A DNA stretch of 64,000 nt from Eutreptiella sp. 'Long Island Sound 2002'. Taxonomy: Eukaryota > Protista > Euglenida. The DNA lies in contig OZ038378.1 in assembly GCA_964036045.1 (NCBI GenBank), positions 183,644,001 to 183,708,000 on the forward strand. The letters are read 5' to 3'. Below the pieces are notes generated by a model. It was not told the origin of the DNA, did not search any database, and worked only from the letters and a program-made list of their open reading frames with translations. Below are positions 1 to 11,664 of this stretch, piece by piece. The position numbers were made by a program, and so were the translations under genes. Positions within the stretch are counted from its first letter, which is position 1, and each line of letters begins with the position of its first letter.

Positions 1-415
1 TCTTTGAAATTTCTTCCATGCATGTCACCCGTCGTTGGCCATGTTTGGACCTTGCCGCACAAATTGCAGCCCAAAGGTGGTTTTCCTTTGGCTCTTCGTG
101 CTGAACGTCTCAATATCAGCGATCGATGTCATTGAACATCTCAATCTCAGCAGAGGGTGCATGTTTTTGCCCAAGCCACTTCTTTGGGCTGGAGGGCTGC
201 CGGTACGCCAACCTCCACAAGGGCCTGCACTGTCGAAGTTGGGAGGCGGGAGTTGGGATGGCTCCCGAACAGGGAACCAGCGATCAAGGCGCCCTATCCC
301 CCACGTTTCTGTTTCCTCGCCGTTGTACACACTGCAAAGCCAGGCCGTAGTCCATCATTTTTCATAGGGTCGCTCTGTGTGGTACTCCTGCATCCGCCCT
401 TTGCATGATTTGCAG

Positions 416-1383
416 GGCTTGGGAACGTTCGGCTCCTTCCCCGACCGCTTTGTGAACAACACAAGTAAGCGATGTCGCAGTGCGTACCTCACGGACAGCA
501 AGACGCATGCGTTGAGCAATGCCCAATTTGATGAAATTGTCCGGTATCCCGGGAAGGCACAGGGTGGCATCTGTTGGAGTGTGCGTATGATGTACCTGCA
601 CCTGTTGGCGTGACTCTCACTGTGCCTCTGCTTCTGTATGCTCCTCGCAGTGCACGTGCTTCTACCCGCACATGTGCCTGTGCCTGTGCATGCACATGTG
701 CCTGTGCCTGTGCATGTACCCGTCCCACGGTTGTGCATCTGCATCTGCCTGTGCATGTGCCATTTTCCCTCCGTTGTCCGCCGCACCCGTCACCGCAGTT
801 TCCCACATTTCCTGTTGCACTTTGCCTGATTTTGCCTCACACCCCCGGTTTCCATCTCTCGCCATCCCTTCCTCCTTCGCTCCACGTCTCCGCCCTGAGC
901 AGTTGCTGAAGCGCAGGATGTGCCTATGGTAGACGCTTCATGAACCAGAGCTCCGGAACATTGCAGGCAGACACATTAAGAAAATAAAGCTAAAAAGTTT
1001 CGTGGGGGGCCGTGATGATTTTCCTGCTGTAGTCAATACACAACGTCAAGGTCCCGCAGGGGTGCCCGACTGGAGCCCCCGGACGTGTCGTGATGATCTT
1101 CGAAGTGGGTCATTTCATGTCGGGGGCGTTTTGCCGGCCTGGGGTACGCCCAGCATTGAAGTCCTTTCTGTTTGTGTGCAGGAAGTCCTGTTACTACTGT
1201 GGGAAGCAGAGCAACCCGCCGCATCACTACAATGGCCTCGATCGGCTTGACAGCACCATTCGAGTGTACACGACGGCCACGTGCGTCTCGTGCTGTGGCA
1301 CGTGCAACATGTGTAAGTACCGGTTCACTGAGGAGCAGTTCTTAGAACAGTGTATCAAGGTTTGTCTGCGTGACTATAGATAG
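416..1383 (+). CDS. Last two exons (416-543, 1182-1383) of a gene encoding an HNH-like (His-Me finger) Zn-binding domain; 5' exons not resolved
   Basis: AG at 414-415, GT at 544-545 and AG at 1180-1181 join in phase 2 to give ...SKTHALSNAQFDEIVR-KSCYYCGKQSNPPHHYNGLDRLDSTIRVYTTATCVSCCGTCNMCKYRFTEEQFLEQCIKV...stop 1381-1383. The CxxC...NGLDRLDS...CxxCCxxCNxxK pattern matches the HNH variant common in large DNA viruses and phages. Confidence 0.75.
672..762. repeat. Short TGTGCC/TGCATG-type tandem repeat in the HNH-gene intron
   Basis: TGTGCCTGTGCCTGTGCATGCACA repeated twice, plus TGCATC units. Confidence 0.8.
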
Positions 1384-3447
1384 TGGCAAGGGTGCCACTG
1401 AGTTAGAACTGCAGCTTAGGATGTGTTAAATGGCTTTCATGGCAGAGGCTGGGCCGAAGGCTTAGTCTTCACCATGAGGCTGAGTTCTGGAAGTCGAATG
1501 TGGGCCCAGATTCGGTGAACAATTCCTTCGGGCTACAGATTCCCATTTGTTTGTCGAATTCGCACGAAGCCAAATCTTTTGTAATTCGGCTCAACCCTGA
1601 GGCCCGATTCAACATCCCTGGAGACACCGCGAACTTGGCACAGATGCAGTGTTTGGTACTGTCGAACGCAGCCAAGTGATGAAGACATGCAGTTTTATCC
1701 AAAGGTCATTTGGGACTCATCTTTTGCACCTTCTACCAAGCTTCCTCGGTGGGCCTCACCCAGTCTGTGACTTCCCCCTGTGGTTCGGGGTTGATTGGCT
1801 TTGGTGTTGTTGCAATGGGGCACGCTTTGTTTGACGTTGTGTGTGCCATGTTCTGCCAGTGGAACCATTATCGAGTCAGGTCCACAGCATCATCCGACAT
1901 GTGCACGTGAATGCACAACCCACACATGCTGAGGCACCGGTCCTCACTGTCCACCAGGTGGCCTCGTACCAGACGGCAAATAATTCCTTGCGCCAACCCG
2001 GTCTCAAACAGCCTTGCAATGACTTCGACCAGTGACGGCCCCCCGATTGTTGCGATGTGCCACTTGCCCACTGCAACAATGAGCTGCAATGCTGGCTGCA
2101 ACGCTGCAGGCAACATGCTGCCGCGCATGAGGTAGCGTAAAATCCCCGCAGGTCCTGGCACCAGCGCCGGGCACCAGGACCGTAACCTTTCTCCACGGCG
2201 GATCAAGGGCAAGCAGCTCCAACAGAGTGTCGAGGGAGGGGAGCCTCACATGCGGTGTACGTTGTCGTCAGAGTACAGCCCCGCCTCTTCCTAAAAGTCC
2301 CAAACCGCCTCGGCCACAGCCCACGTCCGCTCTTCTAACTCCGAGACTTCCGAGATCATCGCTTGGATTTCTGTGCGCTGGGTTGCCGCAATTGCGGACC
2401 CGAAATATTCTCCAGCGCAGATCCAATGGGATCTGTCTTCGCCACCCTGGCCCCATTTTCATCACCCACACATACCTAATCCGCAAAGGAGAAGTGCAGG
2501 CTCGTAAGCAGTGGCAGTGGCTGAGGTGTATTTGATCTGCAAGCTCCATCTCAAGCCCAGGCTCAAGCTCAAGCTTTGGGACTCTGTCAATGTTGCTTAC
2601 ACACGCTTCCGGCCCCAAGGCGGCCTGCACCTGTTCCGGCAGTGCAAGCCAGCAGGCACGCTGGCAAGCTACCATCCTGAGCATTTTTATGCTGGTGCCA
2701 GGTCACCAGATCGGTGCACTGTGTAAATCATTTTAAAGGATGAATGTTCGGGCACCATGGAGCCCCTTGGCAACCCCCTCCCTGGCCTTTTTAACCCCCC
2801 AGACATCTGAGCCCTCAGGAGGGGGGTGTTGGTTAATGTGAGATATGCAGTTGTGACAGGGACAAATTTTTCGAAAATGTGGCCCTTTTGGCAACAAAAC
2901 TTTTCTGCGGCCCGCGTGCCAGGCTGGCAATGGCCTGGCCTTGTTCAGACCCACCCACCTTTCTGAGGTAGGCAGGAAGAGGCGGTCCGCCAGGTTAGAG
3001 CACATAATTAAGAGTGCGCTGTCTTTTTCTTGCAGTAGCAACGGAATAAGTGCAACCTGTACCTTGGGCGTGTGAGAACATCGGCTAGTCTCAATGCCGG
3101 CATACTTACAGAATGAGAAGGACAGTGCTAATGCTGCTCAGAGACATGAGGGGGAATGCATGCAAACGTAAGCAATTGTGCTAGCATGTTAGTCCCATCT
3201 TCATGACTGACGGTGAAGAGCAGATCAACAAAAGGTCAACAACAATAGACCATGTCCCACACTGGTTCGAGTTTTGTGGAGTGATCCCTGCATACTGTGG
3301 ACGACCGATGCTATTTCATGCACAACCAAAGCAGAGTTGAAAGCCACTGCAACTGCATTGCAGTGCAGAGCTTCTGAACTGCCAACGCATGCCAAGCAGT
3401 GCTCTACAAGGGGGGCTGTGGGGGTTATCATTCAGCGACCGGGCCTG

Positions 3448-3504
3448 CCCCCCCACCCCACCCCACCCCACCCCACCCCACCCCACCTCCCCCCACCCCA
3501 CCCC
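3448..3504. repeat. (CCCCA)n pentanucleotide microsatellite
   Basis: Directly visible array; G-quadruplex-prone on the minus strand. Confidence 0.9.
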
Positions 3505-4177
3505 TCTGCCACCTTGTGTACCTCACACTGATCAGCGTGTCATGTTGATAATTTTGCGGTACACATTTGGGCGTCACCCCCTCCCCTGCGTAGACTACCA
3601 GCTCCATCTGAACATGGTTTTTGAAGGACATTGTCACCCCAAAAAGGCAGAGGTCACCCCACTGGCTCCGCTGGTCCTTGCGGTTTGGGCTGACAACTAA
3701 GCACGATGCAGGTCCACAACAGACCATCCGTCCTGCCCGCTGCAGCCACCCGTCCAGCATGGCAGTGTCATGGTCCAAAATGGACAAACCACATTTGCAG
3801 TGAAGTTTCATAGTGAGCACCAAAGTCCCCTCTGCACCTGCAAAGAGGGCTGCCCAAATGCTTTATCGCGAGGCGGAGGATTTCCTCTGCAGAAGACAAC
3901 GCCGCTTACCGAACGTGTGTTGCGACTGTCCATTAGGACCCGACCTTTTCACTCCTTTTCTTTTTTCATACTACCGCGCCACCGCCGCTGCTTGACTGCC
4001 AACTGCCTGTGGGTGCTGGCGAAAGTTTCTTCGTTTCGTAACTGTCATTTTGGGTGAAATGTAGTAGTATTTTTTCCCCTGTCAATGGCGGTCCTGATCT
4101 ATGTGCGTGCCGGCCATTTTCTTCATCTTCTTGGCACACCCCTTCTAGCACTCACTTTTCCCAGCCCTTGGGCAGTA

Positions 4178-4571
4178 GGGCTTTCAACGGGGGGGGGGGG
4201 GGTCAATAGAGCCCCCCCAAAACTTGGGGGGGGGGGGTCTGGGAAAAGGGCTCAATTGACAGGACCATTAATCAGTTATTATGAACTCTCTGGTGCCAAA
4301 GGCGCCGAAAATTTTTTTGAGCATTGAAAATGGTCAAATTTGTTTCACCAAATAGATGGCAGATGATGACTTTTCTGAATCCCCTCAACGCGCTGATTCC
4401 AAAAAACCCATTCTCATTTTGTGCCGGTTTTTGGGTCTGGGTCACCTCTGAGGCCCGGCGGTCAGTCTCAGTAGGATTTTGGGGGTACCGTCAATTGAGC
4501 CCCTTTTGGGTGGTGGGGGTCCAGCCAGGGGGCTCTGTAGACCCCCTCTCCTCTCCCCCAATTGAAGGCCC
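4178..4571. mobile_element. MITE-like element with long (about 75-80 bp) imperfect terminal inverted repeats
   Basis: Left GGGCTTTCAA...GGTCAATAGAGCCCCC...AAAAGGGCTCAATTGAC mirrors right GTCAATTGAGCCCCTTTT...GGGGGCTCTGTAGACC...TTGAAGGCCC; no TSD seen. Confidence 0.7.
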
Positions 4572-5939
4572 GCATACCCACTTGCAGTCCTTTCGGAGGG
4601 GTTAGAGGCCGAATGTCCAGCCGGGACTGCAAGTCTTTGGGTGTACATGTTACGAATTGCGCCCCTTCAGTGAATTGCCGTGACCAACTACCCCTACAAA
4701 AACCTACAAATGACACCCCGTTTGCGTACCGCTGGCCAGTTGCCTCCAAGTGTGCCTGCAGCAGATACCTTTTGGTGTGCAGCTTTGTTAAGCAAAGCGC
4801 ACTCTGGAGGTGCCGCTCACACCTTACCTGACTGTTCCAGTCATGCCCTTTATTTACCTCTTAAATGCCCCGCCTGCACAGGGAATTCGCAGATTTGGTC
4901 TTTTGTTCCGTGCTTTGTAGGGAAGGGTGTGGGGTTGATCCTGGTCCCCTGGTCTGCTTGGCGGGCTTCTCTGGGGGAGGGTAAAACTGGGGCTCAGGTC
5001 ATGGTACTTAGCAGAAAGCTGAAGCTTGGTTGCACATTACATGTGAACATGATTAGTAAGAAAGGCGCCCAACAATGCCTCTCCTAGAATGAAAATTGAC
5101 ATGAAATAAAAAGACAGCCATCAGCAACCAGTATCTCCACTGCTACAGTTGTTTCACTCAAGAGAGAGCCCCCCATATGTGACACATTTTCCTTCATGTA
5201 CGGGTAGGGCGCCTCTGTTTCCTCGATTGGTTTGCTTCTGCATGTGGAGCAATGCATGCGCACAACCATCACTCAACTCTGTTATACCGCCTCCCCCCCC
5301 CCCTTTGCACAAGCACCAGCTTGTCCATGGGACCCGATCTGTTGTTTTCCTGGTTTTTCCTGACCCGCGGTTTTTGTAGTCAGAATGCAACGTGATGCCG
5401 TTGTGCTCCGATTGAAGGAAGATGGGGCTGGATCCTGGTTGTGGTAGTTCCTTCTGCTCATACCAACATTCTGCTTGCAACTGCAACCCAATGCTGTTTG
5501 TATTGATGTGATTTTCAGCCATGGCCAATGTTGCTATCGCTGTCATGGCTGTTACGTCCCAAAGGGCAAGCATGTGCAATTGTTTAAGATGGGGTGCAAG
5601 GTTGGAAAGGGCTTCTATTCCACAGCTCCTGATGCCCCAGATGGACAGAGAGGAGGGGGGGAGGGGGGAGGATTATTACCACCGTCACCTGCACACAGGG
5701 TAGGTCCGCTCGTAGATCCCCAGCTATGATGTCCTGCCATCGTCAGGTGAGATATGATTGTGTGCCTTTTACCCCCTAACACCTGGCCTCTGCCGCATTG
5801 ATTCTGCTTCATTCTGCTTCCGATCCCTGCCCCGCAACCAGTTTCCCGCGGCAATCCAGGTTTTCCATCCCTCCCTCCGCCCCTATGCCTGCAGCTTCCG
5901 CCCTCCCCTGACCCACACCGCTACACCACCTGGGCCCTT

Positions 5940-5964
5940 TGCATCCCACTCCTCTTTTTCGCAG
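5940..5964 (+). promoter_or_regulatory. Polypyrimidine tract + AG acceptor 33 nt upstream of ATG 5998 (candidate spliced-leader or 5'-UTR intron acceptor)
   Basis: CCCACTCCTCTTTTTCGCAG ends at 5964, after a long C/T-rich tract from about 5760; the first ATG downstream that opens the long ORF is at 5998. Confidence 0.5.
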
Positions 5965-5997
5965 TCGTACATGTAGAGCTATTGTCTGAGACACAGC

Positions 5998-8900
5998 ATG
6001 TCGCGTTTTCAAGGCCGCGGACCATCCCGTCAATACACAAACACCGATGAAGACCTTGACCAACAGTTGGAGGATTTAGAGCGGGAAATTGCTGAACGCG
6101 AACGAAGTTTGGACGCCCTCAAGCAGCACCTGGCCAGTGAATACGACGAGCCGCCCGCGCCACAGCCTGATTACGGCCCCACGAGCAGTACCCCAGACAT
6201 GCGCGGGGACCCGCTCGGCGATTTCCCTCCCGCCTACTCGGTGCTGGATCCGAGTCAGGGAAAGCGCCCGCTGGAAGACGCCACCGACGCCAACCCAAGG
6301 GCGCGCAAGAGTGCGTATGCGAAGACTGCCCCAAGCTCGCCCCCCACTGTCCCGCAGGAGCCTTCGGGTGGTCCCGTCGGGCCCAGTGTGTATTTCCTCA
6401 TGAGGCTGACCCCCGGGTCCGTCTACTGTGACAACATCAACCACGCCCTGCGTGCCGGGGTCGCCCGCTGCGAGGATGACAACTGGTCGTTGCTGCACGA
6501 GTGCTTCTCGCAGGGTTCTCAGGTGCAGCCTTGTGCCTGCATACCCTACTTCTGTCCCCTCATACGGACTTTTGAAATTGTATCCTGTTATACCCTGTCC
6601 GGCGGTTGGCTGTTCATCACAGTCCTGTCCTGGAAGATCGTCCTGCGACCCCAAGCCCAGATCATCGTGGTACTACACTTGCTAAAATAACGTTCACGCA
6701 CATGGACATATGTACACACGCTGCTCGAACAGACAAGTGTTCTCATGATGGTGAACCAAGACTCAATACTGTCTGCAGACATGTTCCGCATTTGGGTTCT
6801 AATGCATAGCAATTTTAGTTGTTATTGAGGTCAACACCATCACGTGTAGTACCATGATGATCCGGGCTTGGGGTCGCAGGGCGATATTCCAGGGCTGGAC
6901 TGTGATGGTAACCTCCGACCGCAGTCGGTTACACTCTGGCATTTAGACGAGGAATGGCTTGGCCCTGAGACTGACGATGGTAATGCCAATGCCCATCACA
7001 ATATAGCAAATACAAATGTGGCGCAGGTGCAGCATGCAATACAGTGAGACCATGCGGCATCCCAAATGGCACCACAAATTGTCAGAATGGTCGGGGGGGT
7101 GCCGTTGGGCGCCATCGCTTGCTAAAGTAAAGTTCACGCACATGGATATATGTACACACGCTGTTCACTGCTATATGTACTGCTGTTTCAGTGTATCGCT
7201 TGTAGATGGCTGGAGTGATTGATTTAAGGACGACCCGCCTTAAATCTAAAATCATTTCCTACCATTGAAGTCTGTTACAGAACCTTCCTGAAATAATTAA
7301 GTTGGGGAGGCCACATAAGCAATGTACTGGTTTTCCTCTCCTTGGGGGGTGCCCCTAGCGCAGTGCGCGCACAGTGCAACTATTTTGCCGTCAGGGCAGC
7401 TTGAGCAGTTAATATCTGAGTCTGTGGGACAAAGTCCAGAGATCTCAAAAATGGTTGCCGATGTGGTGTTGCATGTTTACAGCCAATAGGGGATGGTGTC
7501 GGTTTGCTTTGCCCATTCCACTATCGCCAATTGCATGCAAATCGCTTCATTATATCTATCCTCCAATGGGGAGCGCTTCGTGCGCAGGGCATGCTATGCA
7601 GAAATTAGTGTGTGTTGATGCAACTCTCCCACATTCATGCATACTTCCTCCCTCTGATTTTACTCGTTTCTCACAACTTTTTTTTACACTTTTTCATGGA
7701 AGGCGTCATGAAAGATTTGTATCCAGTCAGAAAGCTTTTCCTGCAGTGCGCTTTGGGTAATTTGCCTAATTGTGGAGTACTGTAGTTTACACATTGTTGG
7801 CGTCATGAAATAATGAGAGCCTCGGCCCAAACCCGACGCGCGTCTTTCATGATGCGAATTCTTGTGACGATCATCGCTGCCCCAATCGCCGTTTGATAGA
7901 TCAGGGGAGGAAGAGAACAGAACACTGATCAGAACCTGTTTGAGCACAGGATTTTGCTTGCTCCAAAAGGGCCTGCGTGCTAGGCAATGCACCACAACCG
8001 CCACGTGATATTCCCCTGTGGTTTCATTTATGCCCGCCCCCCGCCTTTTTGCTGCCAGAGAATTGAGTTCACGACCCTGGAGTAGGGTTGGTCAACACCA
8101 GATGTGTGTGATGGCACTGGTCAAATGCAGAAAGGCCCTGAGTACTCAAATATTCTGGGATCCGTGGGCTTTGTCAATATAGAGAGCCCCTGTCTTTCCA
8201 CAAATTTTGACCGAAAAGAGCAAACCTTAGAATCCCCGCAACTGTTGCTGTACTACTTCACATAACTTTAATCATCCACGTGACTGTCATAATCCATAAT
8301 AACGCTGGGTCCACTGGCCTGCATTGCCAACGAATGGGGCCAGCAGGACCCACTCACACAAACCTCTGCGCTGAAGCCCAGAAATTGTAGTGATATCGAT
8401 TTGGAAAAGGAGGTGTTCTGCCTTCCCTTTCCTCTGGGCTGTTTGACTGGGGGTTTCCTACCAGAGAAGGTGTTGAGGCGAGTATTAGAAGAGCTGCAGG
8501 CTCAGACCTCCTTGTCACATAACTGTAGGTGTTCCTCATCAACACAATATCTGGGACGGAGCATTTCCAGGGATTCATGACCATGACCTCCAACATTAAG
8601 GTCAACAACATCGGCCACCCGTTCTCGGTCCGCTGGCATGCCCTCTGCTCTGTTTCCTTCCGCGACGCCCAAAAGCAGATTCCTGCCATCACACAATACC
8701 TGGACTTCCCGGACTCGCAGATTGTGCCACTGCCCTCCATCACAGGGTCTATGCTCTGTGACATACTATCGCAAAGGTAAGTGCTGTAGAAGATGCACAG
8801 TGGGTCCACTCTGATGATGAGTGTGCGCGAAGTTGCAGCCATTAGAACCTTCCCATACCCCATCCCCCTCCACCGCTTGGTTCCCTGCTAAGAACACAAC

Positions 8901-11664
8901 ATAAGTTTGCCGCAGGCTCCCTCCACACCGTTGGTCTGCCAGCCAGACCTGTGTCATCCCTCCCTACACATTGACGATTTTGTCTTCCCTGTGCACAGTG
9001 TCAACAACTGTGCACACTGTCTACTGTCATTTTAGACGCTGTGCAAAGCGTCTACAACCTGCGCACACTGTCTACTGCAATTGCAGACACTATGGACAGT
9101 GTCTACAAGCTGTGCACACTGTCTACTGTGCTTGTTGACACTGTGCACAATGTCTATCAACTGTGCAAACTGTCTACTGTGTTTTGTAGACACTGTCCAC
9201 AGTGTCTACAAGCTGTGCACAGTGTCTACTGTACTGGGTGTAGGGTGGGGTAGCCCCACCCTACACCCCAAAAGGGCCAAAAACCCTGACTGCTTCCACC
9301 AGCTCTGTGACCCATTTGAGTACTGGGACCGTGCTGGGGAGGAAGGAATGCGGTGTTGCCCATCCCTCCATGCAAGCATGGAGCCAGAAGACTGAATACT
9401 TGTGCCAGGGCTTTGTTATCACAATGCACTGATCACTTTGAGGTATGTATCATGGGAGGAAGTGTTTTTGAAAAAAAAATTCTTCTATGCCGCTTCGCGG
9501 CGCAGGTGGTGAGTCATCATTAGAGTTTTTAGACTAGCCTCTTTGGACCGGCCTGTCACAAGAGCCCCTTTCTCAAATGCCCCCCCCCCCTCCTTTTGCA
9601 TCAAAAGTTCCGAGCACTTTTTCCAAGCTCCCCACCCAGCCTCTTTTCCAAGCACCAGTCCCAGCCCAGCCCGCTTGGCAACCTCGCATGCAACCGCACA
9701 AGCACTTTTCCCAAGCATCCCCGCCCATCAAAAGTTCCGAGCATTTTTCCCAAGCGGCGGACGCCTCTAGTCTTTCCGAGCAGTGCGCCGAACCAAATAC
9801 CGGAGATTTTTTTTTCTCTGGCCCATGCGATTTTCCGGCCCTCGCTTAGAACTGCACCTTGCAATTTAGAACCAACACTCAAAAAAATTTCTCACGTATT
9901 GTCAAGGTACAAACATATTTCATGCTGAGGGGATTTGCGACTTGTGAGGATGTATGAGGTGGGGGGCATTGGCATTGAAAAGGGGCATCCCTCTTGAAAC
10001 CAACCTGGATAGTGAAAAATACCTTAGGGCACCATTTAGTAGCTTTTGCACCTAGTTAGTGGCCTCAACAACCCCTTTTGGGGGTCAAACTCGACAAAAA
10101 AATGCCTTGAACATACTCGTGGTCTACATGCATGCAACATTAGACATCAAACTGTCCTGTGCTAGAATGAGATGTCAATGAGACAGATTATTGGGTGCAG
10201 CCATTCTGTGCCTTTTGCGTCCAATTTGCCCAAATAATCCTGACAATTGCAAGGTGACCTGTTGCCCCCCACACCTGCCAAATGACGCTTTGAAAAACCC
10301 GTTTCATGCACATTTCAAAAGTAAATGGGTGTTTCCCGGTGGGGGAGGGGGGGGGGATGATAGTGCGTGTTTCAACCTCAAGTAAGAGCCTTTTCTCCGC
10401 TTCTCGTTTTCCGTCGTGACATTTGGTGTTCTATGAAACGATGTAACCCCTCTATTTTGGATATAGACAATTCAAAAATCCAGGGTTCAGCCTTGATTGA
10501 GATGGGACCTGTTCAAAGGCATCGAAGTTGGGCCATTTTGACGGTTTCAGGTTTTGGGCCTGCCCTGCATCAGATTCCTCTCCATCTTGCTGGCCCTTCA
10601 TATGTCAGCTGGAGGTCAATTCATCGGGGTGTGTTTGTTGCATTTGATGTGTAGATGCCATGTGCACAGTGGCCCCCTTGAACTCAACGATATGTTGGCT
10701 AATTTGGCCGATAGCTACCCCTGAACCCCCCGTGCGGCGCGGTGCTACTGGGTTGCACCAGGTTGCACGGGGTGTCCGGGGTGGTTATTGGTCAAATTAG
10801 CCAGCAGACCGTTGAGTTCAAGAGAGCACACCAAATATCCCTCAGGTACTCTGGACCCCTGGTTTGTCCCATTGGGCCATTGCGCCACACCGTTGCTCTG
10901 CACCCACAATGCCAGTGTTCTGCACCGTCACTCCGTCTCATTCCGCTGTCTCATGTGCCCTGCCGATCCCACCGTATGCTCCCAGGTCCGTACCCCCAAC
11001 GCTCGACATGACATTGCCTCTGACGTTCCAAGAGAAGGTCCTGTTGGCCGGGAACTTGGGGTTGCCGCCACCAGAGCCCGAGCCCAGCCCGGTCATACCT
11101 CGACGCCCCGCTGGCGTCCCCGCCTCCCTCCCTGGCCTCCAGCACCAACCCCCCCGTCCGGGCCTGCTAGCCACTCCTCCAGCCCCTCTCCGCCCGGTGC
11201 CGGGCTTCCCAGGGATGATGCCCATGGGCGTCCTGGGCATGCCTCCCGTGCCGGGCACAGGGGTCGTGGCAATGCCCCGCGGCGCCGCCAGGCCCGTGCC
11301 GGAGAGGGACCCACAGCCCGTGCCCAAGCCCGCGGCCTCCACCGCCCGTGACCGCCTTGCGCGAACCATGTGGGTCAGTGGACTGCAGCCGCAGCACAAT
11401 CCCGTTCCCGTGGGCGTGTACTTTAGCACCTTCGGGGCGGTGGCGGAGTGCGACGTGATGCGGCTGGCGGACGGGCTGTGCTGCGGCTGGGGGTACGTCG
11501 TGTTCGAGTCGGCCGAGGACACGGCGCGCGCCCTGGGGGTCGAGCACCAGCTCGCGGGCCGCCACTTGACGCTGTACCCGGCGCTGCAGTACGACGCGAA
11601 GCCGGTGTTCGAGCCGGGGGGCCTCATTGTGGACTACCAGGCGGTGGCGGCCCCGCTCCCCTGA
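5998..11664 (+). CDS. RNA-binding protein: N-terminal coiled coil, divergent YTH-like domain, Pro-rich linker, C-terminal RRM; exons 5998-6522, 8529-8776, 10986-11664
   Basis: GT-AG junctions in phase (CAG|GTGCAG 6522, phase 0; AG|GTAAGT 8776, phase 2 into CCCAG|G 10986). The spliced protein has SVYFLMR...NINHALRAGV...VFLINTISGTEHFQGFMTMTS...GHPFSVRW...SF...DSQ...GSMLCDIL (YTH pattern) and TMWVSGL...FSTFGAV...GWGYVVFESAEDTARAL (RNP2/RNP1). Confidence 0.8.
6616..6906. mobile_element. Foldback/MITE-like element with 63-bp inverted repeats (6616-6678 / 6844-6906)
   Basis: Arms are reverse complements with 6 mismatches in 63 bp. Confidence 0.75.
8989..9233. repeat. About 51-bp minisatellite, about 5 copies, each with a near-palindromic core
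   Basis: Units of (A)GACACTGTGCACAGTGTCTACAAGCTGTGCACACTGTCTACTGT... Confidence 0.85.
9598..9756. repeat. Local direct repeat CATCAAAAGTTCCGAGCA(C/T)TTTT..CCAAGC with interspersed TTTTCCAAGC units
   Basis: Copies near 9599 and 9726. Confidence 0.7.

Noticed and set aside
35-408. Overlapping short ORFs upstream of the HNH-like exon
   Set aside because: No recognisable motif and no confident splice-phase link to the exon at 416.
6523-6690. Continuation of the 230-aa ORF past the splice donor
   Set aside because: Read-through into intron 1; the YTH pattern continues only via splicing to 8529.
8354-8863. 169-aa minus-strand ORF
   Set aside because: Antisense shadow of YTH exon 2; no motifs.
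8989-9233. CRISPR-like appearance of the palindromic repeats
   Set aside because: No unique spacers, no cas genes and a eukaryotic intronic context; it is a minisatellite.
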